Below, one piece after another: positions 23,927-31,558 of a stretch of 32,000 bases of DNA. Origin of the DNA: Pseudodesulfovibrio mercurii (lineage in GTDB: Bacteria; Desulfobacterota; Desulfovibrionia; Desulfovibrionales; Desulfovibrionaceae); contig NC_016803.1 of the NCBI RefSeq assembly GCF_000189295.2, positions 2,310,001-2,342,000 of the forward strand. The letters run 5' to 3'. The notes beneath the pieces were generated by a model. That model searched no databases and was not told the origin of the DNA. It worked only from the letters and a program-made list of their open reading frames with translations. Each line of letters opens with the position of its first letter. Positions within the stretch are counted from its first letter, which is position 1. Made by a program: the position numbers and the translations under genes.

Positions 23927-24820
23927 ATGCTGGATTACAAACTGGTCGAGGCCTTTGCCGCCGTGGTCGGGGAAGGCGGGTTCGAGAAAGGGGCGCGGGT
24001 CCTGCACCTGACCCAGGGGGCCGTGTCCCAACGGGTTAAGCTCCTGGAGGAGCAGGCCGGGTGCGTGCTCCTGGTGCGCTCCTCGCCGCCCCGGCCCACT
24101 GCGGCCGGGCAGGCTATGCTCAAGCACTTCCGACAGGTGCGGCGGCTCGAAGAGGACCTGGACGCCGGGCTGGGCCGGGCCGGGGCCGCGTTCGACACCC
24201 TGGCCGTGGGCCTCAACGCCGACTCCCTGGCCACATGGTTCTTCCCCGCCGTCAACGCCTACCTGGACGCCGAACCCGTACTCCTGGACCTGTCCGTGGA
24301 CGACCAGGCCGAGACCCTCACCCTCCTCAAGACCGGCGGGGTCCTCGGCTGCATCGCCGACCGCGCCGAGCCGGTCCAGGGCTGCCGCGCGGAATACCTG
24401 GGCGATATGGATTACAGATTGTATGCAACTCCGTCATACAAAATGAAATGGTACAAGAACGGCGCGGTATTGGAGGATGTGGAGGCGGCCCCGATCCTGA
24501 TCTTCAACCGCAAGGACGTCATGCATGAGGTCCTGCTGGCCGGGGCCTTGGGCCGGTCGCCCGCCCTGCTCGCGCCCTTCTACCTGCCGTCGTCCGAGCA
24601 ATTCGCCCCGGCCATCGCCACGGGCCGGGTCTGCGGCATGCTCCCGGACCAGCAGGCCGCGCCCTACCTGGCGCGCGGCGAGATCGTCGATCTCCTGCCC
24701 GGCCACGTCTTCACCGTGCGCCTGCACTGGCAGTGCTGGAACCTCGAATCCGTCCGCCTGGCCGGGTTCACCGAGGCCCTGGTCCGGGGCGCGCGCGCCC
24801 TCCTGGCCCAGCGGCCCTAG
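23927..24820 (+). CDS. argP: LysR-family transcriptional regulator ArgP/IciA-type
   Basis: HTH region (GFEKGARVLHLTQGAVSQRVKLLEEQAG), PPRPT motif, and LAVGLNADSLATWFFPAV, as in E. coli ArgP. Divergent from argO. Confidence 0.9.
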   Translation: MLDYKLVEAFAAVVGEGGFEKGARVLHLTQGAVSQRVKLLEEQAGCVLLVRSSPPRPTAAGQAMLKHFRQVRRLEEDLDAGLGRAGAAFDTLAVGLNADSLATWFFPAVNAYLDAEPVLLDLSVDDQAETLTLLKTGGVLGCIADRAEPVQGCRAEYLGDMDYRLYATPSYKMKWYKNGAVLEDVEAAPILIFNRKDVMHEVLLAGALGRSPALLAPFYLPSSEQFAPAIATGRVCGMLPDQQAAPYLARGEIVDLLPGHVFTVRLHWQCWNLESVRLAGFTEALVRGARALLAQRP

Positions 24821-24887
24821 GTTTGCCCATCGCACCCCTTTGTTGTATGCACCGGAAAAACATCCGCCGCCTTTCAAGGAGTCACGC

Positions 24888-25529
24888 ATGAAACGGTTCG
24901 CCCTGATCCTGTCCGCCCTCACCCTCTTCCTCGCCTACGGCTGCTCCGGCGCCTACTACTCGACCATGGAATCCATGGGCTACGACAAACGCGAGATCCT
25001 GTCCGACCGCGTGGAGAAGGCCCGCGAATCCCAGAAGGACGCCAAGGAACAGTTCGCCTCGGCCCTGGAGCAGTTCAAGTCCGTGGTCAACTTCGACGGC
25101 GGCAAGCTCCAGGAAGTGTATGACAAACTCAATGACGAATACGAGGACTGCAAGGACCGGGCGGACGACGTCAAGGGCCGCATCGACTCCGTGGAGGACG
25201 TGGCCGACGCCCTGTTCGAGGAATGGAGCACCGAGATCAAGCAGTACTCCAGCGCCAAGCTGCGCCGGTCCAGCGAACAGAAACTGGTCGCCACCAAAAA
25301 GAAGTACAACGGCCTGATCCGGGCCATGCGCAACGCGGAAAAGAAGATGCAGCCCGTACTCGGCGCCTTCCACGACCAGGTCCTGTACCTCAAGCACAAT
25401 CTCAACGCCAAGGCCATCGCCTCGCTCCAGGGCGAGCTGACCTCCATCCGCACGGACGTGGACTCCCTCATCAAGGAGATGGACAAGTCCATCGCCGAGG
25501 CCGACGCCTTCATCAAGACCCTGGAATAG
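24888..25529 (+). CDS. DUF2959-family lipoprotein
   Basis: AAGGAG lies 6 nt before the ATG at 24888. Signal peptide with Cys (LFLAYGCSG), then a helical, charged body (YYSTMESMGYDKREILSDRVEKARESQKDAKEQF...). The family call is from memory. Confidence 0.75.
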   Translation: MKRFALILSALTLFLAYGCSGAYYSTMESMGYDKREILSDRVEKARESQKDAKEQFASALEQFKSVVNFDGGKLQEVYDKLNDEYEDCKDRADDVKGRIDSVEDVADALFEEWSTEIKQYSSAKLRRSSEQKLVATKKKYNGLIRAMRNAEKKMQPVLGAFHDQVLYLKHNLNAKAIASLQGELTSIRTDVDSLIKEMDKSIAEADAFIKTLE

Positions 25530-25550
25530 CGGTTCCCGTTCAGCCAATGG

Positions 25551-25589
25551 AAACGGCCCGTCCGGCATGTCGCCGGGCGGGCCGTTTTT
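25551..25589. terminator. Hairpin terminator between convergent genes
   Basis: AAACGGCCCGTCCGGC / GCCGGGCGGGCCGTTT (16-bp stem, one mismatch, 5-nt loop), followed by TTTTT on the + strand. Confidence 0.75.
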
Positions 25590-25605
25590 GTCGGTTGATC
25601 GCCCG

Positions 25606-27168
25606 TTATCGCCGCAGGTTGGCGGTGATGGACACCAGGTCCAGGCGGACGTCCTCGGGCAGGGCCCGGTAGGGCTGCATGACCGTGCCGGGGTAGCCGT
25701 CGGTGATGATCGCGAGGGACCGCTCGGGCTCGAGCGAGAACCGGGACAGGTCCGGGGGCGCGGGCTGAAGGGTCAGGCCGAACGCCGATGGCTGGCCGGT
25801 CTGGCCGTGGCAGGTGGCGCAGGTGTTCTTCCAGATGTCCCTTGCCTGATCGCCGACCGGGCGTTGCGGCACGGTGGTCGGGCCGAACATGGTGAAGCTC
25901 TCGTCCAGCCGGTCGAGCAGGGCGTCGATCTTGTCCCTGTCGAAGACCGTGAAGTAGGGCATGCCCGAGCCGGGCACGCCGAGCAGGACCATGGAGCGGA
26001 CGTAGTCGCGGTCCGCGCGCACGGCGGCCAGGTCCTCGGGACGGATGAGCAGCCGCCGGGCCGCCGGGCCGTCGCCCAGGCCGCCCACGCCGTGGCAGGG
26101 CCGGCAGCTCTTCTCGTAGAGGGTCGCGCCGTTGTCGTAGACCGTGGCCAGCTTGACCCGGAAGGTCTCCAGGGCCGGTTCACGGAAACGGTCGAGGTCG
26201 GCGGACTCCCTGGCCAGCTCGGCGCGGGCCTCACGGTGCAGGGTCATGAGCGTGGCGTCCTGAATGGACTGGCGCGCGGCGAGCATGGACACGAAGACCA
26301 CCGGCAGGAGCAGGAGCAGGGTCCGGCCGCCCCGGATGGAGGTGTCGGGCAGGGACCGGGCCGGGGCCGGACGCATGGTCCATGCCATGACCATGGCCGA
26401 GAACGTGCCCAGGGTCACGGCGGTCATGACGGGCCAGTTGAAGACGCCGCTCACGGTGAACAGCAGGGGCGCGCCCACGGCCACCTGGAAGAGGATGCCG
26501 CCAAACAGCCAGGCCCGCAACCGGTTCCGCCGGACCTGGTCTTTTCCCGCGCTGAAGAACAGGTGGAAGGCCGCGCCGAAGACCACGGCCGCGCCGAGCA
26601 CGTGCAGGTAGCGCAGGAGCCAGTGCGGCAGGTACTCGCCCGAGGGCGACAGGGTCCTAGCCGCGAAGGCGGTCCACTGGTCGGGCCGCTCCATGAGGGA
26701 CAGGGCCCCGGTGAAGATGGCCGGGACCGTGAGCAGGGCGGCCAGCCCGATGACCCCGCTCAGAAACGGCAGCCACGGGCTGGAGAGCATCTTGTGCTCG
26801 AACAGCTCGATGGCCAGGAAGGCCAGGATCAGCAGCGGGATGACCGCGAGCCAGGTGAAGGCGTGCAGGCCGGTGGCCGTGAAGAAGCCCAGGGAATAAA
26901 TGACCTGGATGATCAGCAGCGGGCCCACGCCCAGGACCACGGCCAGGCTCTTGAGCCCCAGGTGGGGTTTGACCACCCGCTGGTTCCAGTCCATGGCGCT
27001 CCGGTCCGACCCGCAGCAGTCGCGCAGGAAGAAGACGAAGCCGAGCATGGCCGTGCCGAGCATGAGCAGGACGAAGAGCAGGTGCAGGCCGAAGGTCACG
27101 AAGAGCAGGGTGCGCAGCCAGGGCTCGGGGAGCGGCAGCGCGAGGAAGAGGTCTTTCCAGGGCGTCAT
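25606..27168 (-). CDS. Integral membrane protein (~8 TM) with C-terminal dihaem cytochrome c region
   Basis: Two CxxCH motifs (CRPCH, CATCH) in the C-terminal ~200 aa. Eight hydrophobic segments with conserved-looking His (GLHLLF, RYLHVLG, AAFHLFF). The start overlaps the upstream stop (TGATG, or GTGA if the start is the GTG at 27171). Confidence 0.8.
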   Translation of the reverse strand: MTPWKDLFLALPLPEPWLRTLLFVTFGLHLLFVLLMLGTAMLGFVFFLRDCCGSDRSAMDWNQRVVKPHLGLKSLAVVLGVGPLLIIQVIYSLGFFTATGLHAFTWLAVIPLLILAFLAIELFEHKMLSSPWLPFLSGVIGLAALLTVPAIFTGALSLMERPDQWTAFAARTLSPSGEYLPHWLLRYLHVLGAAVVFGAAFHLFFSAGKDQVRRNRLRAWLFGGILFQVAVGAPLLFTVSGVFNWPVMTAVTLGTFSAMVMAWTMRPAPARSLPDTSIRGGRTLLLLLPVVFVSMLAARQSIQDATLMTLHREARAELARESADLDRFREPALETFRVKLATVYDNGATLYEKSCRPCHGVGGLGDGPAARRLLIRPEDLAAVRADRDYVRSMVLLGVPGSGMPYFTVFDRDKIDALLDRLDESFTMFGPTTVPQRPVGDQARDIWKNTCATCHGQTGQPSAFGLTLQPAPPDLSRFSLEPERSLAIITDGYPGTVMQPYRALPEDVRLDLVSITANLRR

Positions 27169-28523
27169 CACTTGACCTCCCCTTGGAGCTGCGGTCTGGG
27201 CAGGGTGTCCTTGTTGGCCAGGGAATACAGATAGGTGGACATGGTCAGCCGCTCCGCCTCGGAACCGTTGAACGGGGTCATGAACGGGACCATGCTCTCG
27301 GTGATGGCGGTCAGGGCGTTGACGCTCTCGAGCGTCCGGCCCCTGAGCCGCACGGTGATGTCGTTGATCCCGCCGATGGTGTGGCAGACCCCGCAGTTGG
27401 CGTCGAACAGGGCGCGGCCCGCCCGGGCGTCAGGGGCCTGGTCCGTGGTCGCGTTGACCCAGTCCAGGGTGGCCAGGAGCGGGCGGTCCTCGGCCTTGGC
27501 CGCCTCGTGGCGGACCAGTCGGGACTGGTTGGCGTACATGTAGCCGGGCAGGAGGTACGGGCCGCGCACGAACTCGCGCACGCGCTCGAACTCGGCCACC
27601 AGCCCCACGGACAGGATCAGGGCGGGCAGGAACAGGAGCATGGTCGTCTTGCGGTGCCTGAGCAGCCCGGCCGCGGCGGCCAGGGCCAGGAAGGCCACGG
27701 CCGCGGCGTTCAGCGCGGGCAGCAGGTACGGCACCTGGGACCAGGCCGAGGTGGCCACCGAGAACTTCCAGTGGGTCAGGTAGGTCTCGGGGATGCGCGA
27801 GAAGTAGATCCAGGCGAACAGGCCCGTTGCGGCCATGGCCGCGAGCATGACCAGGCCGGTCAGGCGCAGGACCCGGCCGCGCTCGTTGGCCGTGCCCTTG
27901 AACCGCCAGCCGGTCCAGCCGAGGATGAGCAGCGCGCCCAGGGCGATGCCCGCCGAGATGCGCAGCATGAACTGGGGCACGAAGGTCGGGTTGAAGTAGG
28001 CCTGGGTGAAGGTGCCGCCCTGGGGCCAGCCGTCCGGGGTGAGCATGAAGCCGAGGATGCCGGAGATGAGCACGGCGGAACTCAGGGCCACGGCCACGTA
28101 GCCCCAGCCCACGACCATGAGCAGGCGCGGGCGGCGCTGGGCCAGGCGGTCCCAGAGGAAGTAGTAGACGAGCAGGAAGACCACCTCGGTGGTGAAGGCC
28201 CACCACTCGATGAACCAGGGCCAGAAGAAGAGGTGGATGAGCGAGCCGATGCCCTCGGGAGCGAGAATGCCGGTGATGAACCAGATGCCCACGCCGGTCA
28301 CCGCGCCCACCGAGGTGGTGACGACGACCACCGGCTTGAGCAGGGCGCGCGCGGCGTTCTCCCAGAAGCTCCCGTGGCCCGTGGCCCCCAGGTTCTGGAA
28401 CAGAACGATGAGGATGGTCATGCCGATGGCCACGCCGTGGCTGATGAGCACGTGCAGGACCGCGTTCAGGGCGATGGTCATGCCGTCGCCGAGAACCGGA
28501 ACGTGGATCAGGGGAAAGGTCAT
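27168..28523 (-). CDS. Cytochrome bd CydA-like membrane subunit fused to a C-terminal monohaem cytochrome c domain
   Basis: N-terminal ALNAVLHVLISHG and GVGIWFITG...FWPWFIEWWAFTTEVVFLLVYYFLW resemble CydA helices 1-3. There is no long Q-loop. C-terminal CGVCH. ATGA overlap with the upstream gene at 28520-28523. Confidence 0.75.
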   Translation of the reverse strand: MTFPLIHVPVLGDGMTIALNAVLHVLISHGVAIGMTILIVLFQNLGATGHGSFWENAARALLKPVVVVTTSVGAVTGVGIWFITGILAPEGIGSLIHLFFWPWFIEWWAFTTEVVFLLVYYFLWDRLAQRRPRLLMVVGWGYVAVALSSAVLISGILGFMLTPDGWPQGGTFTQAYFNPTFVPQFMLRISAGIALGALLILGWTGWRFKGTANERGRVLRLTGLVMLAAMAATGLFAWIYFSRIPETYLTHWKFSVATSAWSQVPYLLPALNAAAVAFLALAAAAGLLRHRKTTMLLFLPALILSVGLVAEFERVREFVRGPYLLPGYMYANQSRLVRHEAAKAEDRPLLATLDWVNATTDQAPDARAGRALFDANCGVCHTIGGINDITVRLRGRTLESVNALTAITESMVPFMTPFNGSEAERLTMSTYLYSLANKDTLPRPQLQGEVK

Positions 28524-29422
28524 TGCTTGGCCTCCCCGGGCAGCGGAATGACCCGCTCGATCTTGTTCGGGTGGGTGGCCACGAACTTGGGCCGGGGCTG
28601 CTCATGGACGTAGGCGGCCACGTCCAGGGCCTCCTCCTGGCTCAGGCTCGGGCTGGACTTGGGCATGAACCGCCAGGCGAAGACCGAGAAGGTCCGGATG
28701 CGGTGCATGCCGGCCCCGTCGTTGTAGGCCCCGTCGCCCCACAGGGCCGGGGCGATGGGCGTGCCGTGGCCGTCGTCGCCGTGGCAGCGGGCGCAGACGT
28801 CCTTGTACACGGTCGCGCCCGCCTCGGCATCGGGCTTGTGGTCGTTCTCCAGGTGGTGGGCCAGGACCGTCCACGGCGGAGTGGAGTAAATGGGAATGTC
28901 CTTGGATATCCACTGGTAGTAGACCAGCAGGGACTGCATGATCTGGCTGTCCGCGGCCGGGGCCTTGCCGTTCATGCTGCGCTCGAAGCAGCCCTGGGTG
29001 CGCAGGGCCAGGTCGGCGGTGTACTCGCGGCGGGCCCGGTACAGGGGATACTTGGCCGCCACGCCCACCAGGGAGATGGTGTCCTTGCTGCGCCCGCCCT
29101 CGAAGTGGCAGTTGGTGCAGGCCATGCCGTTGCCCACGTACTCGGGCGCGTACTTTTTGGTCTCGGTCATGATCTTGTAGCCGAGCATGACCATGGGCCG
29201 GATCTGCTCCGGGGCGTCCTCGGGGGCCGGGGGGTTGAAGACCGGCGCGAGCGGCGCGGGCGCTACGGCCGGGGCGGCCGGGGCCGGGGCGACGCCCACC
29301 GTGGCCGGGGTGGCCGACCGGGGCATGGGCGCGGACCACTGGAAGAAAAAGACCAGCCAGGCGCCGAAGATCAGCAGCAACACCACCAGGATCAGGGAGA
29401 AAAACAGTTTCGCTTGGTTCAT
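28520..29422 (-). CDS. Membrane-anchored dihaem cytochrome c, TsdA/SoxA-like
   Basis: GGAG lies 5 nt before the ATG at 29422. N-terminal TM, Pro/Ala-rich linker, CTNCH ... GCFERSMNGK ... CARCH ... FMPK...LSQEEALDVAAYV. The Cys about 39 residues after the first haem His recalls the His/Cys-ligated haem of TsdA. Confidence 0.7.
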   Translation of the reverse strand: MNQAKLFFSLILVVLLLIFGAWLVFFFQWSAPMPRSATPATVGVAPAPAAPAVAPAPLAPVFNPPAPEDAPEQIRPMVMLGYKIMTETKKYAPEYVGNGMACTNCHFEGGRSKDTISLVGVAAKYPLYRARREYTADLALRTQGCFERSMNGKAPAADSQIMQSLLVYYQWISKDIPIYSTPPWTVLAHHLENDHKPDAEAGATVYKDVCARCHGDDGHGTPIAPALWGDGAYNDGAGMHRIRTFSVFAWRFMPKSSPSLSQEEALDVAAYVHEQPRPKFVATHPNKIERVIPLPGEAKQ

Positions 29423-29708
29423 GGGATCTCCATTTGAACGGGCAGGATCGTCAAACCGGCGGCCTTGCGGCCGGAAACAGGGCTCCGACCGGACCGGGTC
29501 CGCCGGGAACAGTCTATGCGATATCCGGACAATTGTTCAACCGTCCGGGCCGGATGTCACCAAAGCGTGCTCCTTCCGGCTGGCGACGTCAACGGTCGGC
29601 CCTCTCCGGACCGGTCGCTTATTCATCCTGTTCTGGACAATTTCGAGACTTTTGGTCTAGGGATGGGCCAAGGTCGGGCGCAGCAATTCGTCAGCGGGAG
29701 CGGGAACC

Positions 29709-31133
29709 ATGTCGCAAGCATCCTTCGAGAACATCTGCATATTCCACATCCTGGACGGCCTTCGGGAAGGGCTGTCCCACTTCTCCTCCCCGAGCCGGGT
29801 GGCCGTGGTCTACGCCGTGGGCCGGGGCGAGCCGCCGCGCATCTGCGACCCGCAGGGGCTGCTCGAGGGGCACGAGCCCAAGCTGCAGGATTATTTTCTC
29901 TATTCGAACCGCTGGCGGGGCAAGGACGAACTCATCGAGGGACTGCGCGTCCTCCGTCAGGAGGAGGTCGGCCTGGACCTGGCCGGGCTGATCACCCTGG
30001 CGGCGCGGTCCAGCTCCCTGAGCTACCAGATGTGGTTCACCGAGGAGCACCCGGACCTGTGCTCCCTGGGGCCCACCCGGAGCTGGCTGGAATACGCGGC
30101 CGAACTGCTCTCCCAACACTTCGCCATCGGCAACGTCATGGGGCTGGACACCGCCGGATTCATGCTCCAGCACTGCGGCGTGCACGCCATCCGCGACTTC
30201 ATCGTGGACGAGCGCTCGCGCATGGGCTGGCTGGACACCCAGATCCGGGTCTACCCCTTCCTGGACGCCATCCTGGGCGTGTCGGCCACCAAGGAGGAAG
30301 GGGCGTCGCCCAGGGGGCGCATCGTGGTGGTGGAGCCCAACCAGCTGGACCAGGTCCGGTTCATCTGCCGCTTCCCCCAGAACGAACAGCCCCAGACCGC
30401 GAACTTCAAGCACGTGCGCAAGCTGTTGCAGGCCGTGGAGGACTCGGGCCGGGTCCTGGTCTCCAACGGGACCTCGGTGCTGGGCATCGCCATCGGGCCC
30501 ATGCCCGGCGCGTACCTGGCGGCCCAGTTCTCCGGGACCTACGGGTTCCTGTGGATCCGCGACCAGCTGCTGTGCAGCTTTTCCGACGGCCGGTTCCGCT
30601 CCTCCAACCTGCGGGCCAACCTGGTTCAGCTGGAGGAGCAGATGCTCGAAAGCGACATGACCCCGGAAAAGCAGAACGCCCTGTTCAAGATCGCCTCGAC
30701 CATGGTCAACCGGGTGCGCGACCGCAAGCACGGCTGCACCCTGGTGGTGGACATGGGCCGCGAGCCCATCACCATGTCCGGCCAGCACCTGGAGGAGCCC
30801 CTGGACCTGACCAGGAGCAGCCACCTCAAGCTGGCCTGCTCCCTGGCCAAGCTGGACGGGGCCGTGCACATCGGCCGGGACCTGAAGCTGCACGGCTTCG
30901 CCTGCCTCATGGACGGGCGCAGCGTGCCCGGCGAGAACCGGGCCCGGGGCGCGCGCTTCAACTCGGCCCTGCGCTTCACCGCCGAGCACGAGGACCTGGT
31001 GGTCGTGGTCGTGTCCGCCGACCGGCCCGTGTCCATCATCAAGGACGGCGTGGAACTGACCGCGCTCTGCCACTTCCAGCACATCTGCGGCCTGCGGCGG
31101 CCTCCCCTGCTGGCCGAGTGGGTCATGAGCTAG
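29709..31133 (+). CDS. DAC (DisA_N, diadenylate-cyclase fold) domain protein with long unassigned N-terminal region and degenerate catalytic motifs
   Basis: GGGAG lies 8 nt before the ATG. The C-terminal ~130 aa run HGCTLVVD...LDGAVHI...LHGFACLM...RARGARFNSALRFTAEHEDLVVVVVSADRPVSIIKDG. This is colinear with the CdaA/DisA core (hDGAhhI ... GTRHRAA ... hVVSEEtG.IS) but has GARFN where GTRHR is expected. Confidence 0.7.
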   Translation: MSQASFENICIFHILDGLREGLSHFSSPSRVAVVYAVGRGEPPRICDPQGLLEGHEPKLQDYFLYSNRWRGKDELIEGLRVLRQEEVGLDLAGLITLAARSSSLSYQMWFTEEHPDLCSLGPTRSWLEYAAELLSQHFAIGNVMGLDTAGFMLQHCGVHAIRDFIVDERSRMGWLDTQIRVYPFLDAILGVSATKEEGASPRGRIVVVEPNQLDQVRFICRFPQNEQPQTANFKHVRKLLQAVEDSGRVLVSNGTSVLGIAIGPMPGAYLAAQFSGTYGFLWIRDQLLCSFSDGRFRSSNLRANLVQLEEQMLESDMTPEKQNALFKIASTMVNRVRDRKHGCTLVVDMGREPITMSGQHLEEPLDLTRSSHLKLACSLAKLDGAVHIGRDLKLHGFACLMDGRSVPGENRARGARFNSALRFTAEHEDLVVVVVSADRPVSIIKDGVELTALCHFQHICGLRRPPLLAEWVMS

Positions 31134-31154
31134 CCGGGAGCCCGGCATTCGACC

Positions 31155-31382
31155 ATGCGCGCCGACTGGATGTCCGATCCCCTGTTCTGGGTCCTGGCCC
31201 TGCCCGCCCTGGCCGCGTCCGGGCTGCTCGTCCAGATGGTCCTGTCCCTGTTCCGCTGCTGCGCGGCCTTCAAGCTCCGGGGACGGGCCGTGCAGCTCAA
31301 GTGGTGGATGATCCCGGTCACGGCCACCACCTGCGCCGCCCTCTGGCTGCTGGCCGTCCTGTACGTCATCCTCCTCGCCTGA
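31155..31382 (+). CDS. Small two-TM membrane protein (75 aa)
   Basis: High GC3. Two hydrophobic helices (LFWVLALPALAASGLLVQMVLSLF and IPVTATTCAALWLLAVLYVILLA). 21 nt downstream of the DAC-like gene. No good SD, so the start is uncertain (alternative ATG at 31170). Confidence 0.5.
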   Translation: MRADWMSDPLFWVLALPALAASGLLVQMVLSLFRCCAAFKLRGRAVQLKWWMIPVTATTCAALWLLAVLYVILLA

Positions 31383-31391
31383 CCCTTTCCA

Positions 31392-31410
31392 TCTCATGAT
31401 AATCATTACG
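31392..31410 (+). promoter_or_regulatory. Fur-family-box-like palindromic site
   Basis: TCTCATGATAATCATTACG matches the 19-bp consensus GATAATGATAATCATTATC at 14/19 positions, with a contiguous 13-nt match and an ATGAT-A-ATCAT core. It sits in an AT-rich patch about 150 nt upstream of the chemoreceptor-like gene. Confidence 0.4.
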
Positions 31411-31558
31411 ATTGTCAACGTAACGCAAAATCCCTCCAATGTTCACGCGAGTGTGACGCCCCTGTAACAAATCGGGTCGCCCGAATCGTTGCCCGGGGTA
31501 GGCTCTCCCCTTCCGACACACAGACCGGCACGGCCCGGCGGCGCCGTGATCAGGGGGG

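Noticed and set aside
25567-28613. Two long + strand ORFs (25567-27234 and 27183-28613) opposite the cytochrome operon
   Set aside because: They are antisense to genes carrying CxxCH motifs and TM helices with coupled start/stop overlaps. Their translations are Gly/Arg/His/Glu/Asp-rich and show no features.
29423-29708. Sigma-54 (TGGCAC-N5-TTGCW) or FNR/CRP (TTGAT-N4-ATCAA) sites upstream of the cytochrome operon
   Set aside because: Only partial resemblances were found (CTGGACAATTTCGAG; TTGAACAATTGTCC). Neither reaches a convincing match, so they are reported only as unexplained repeated words.
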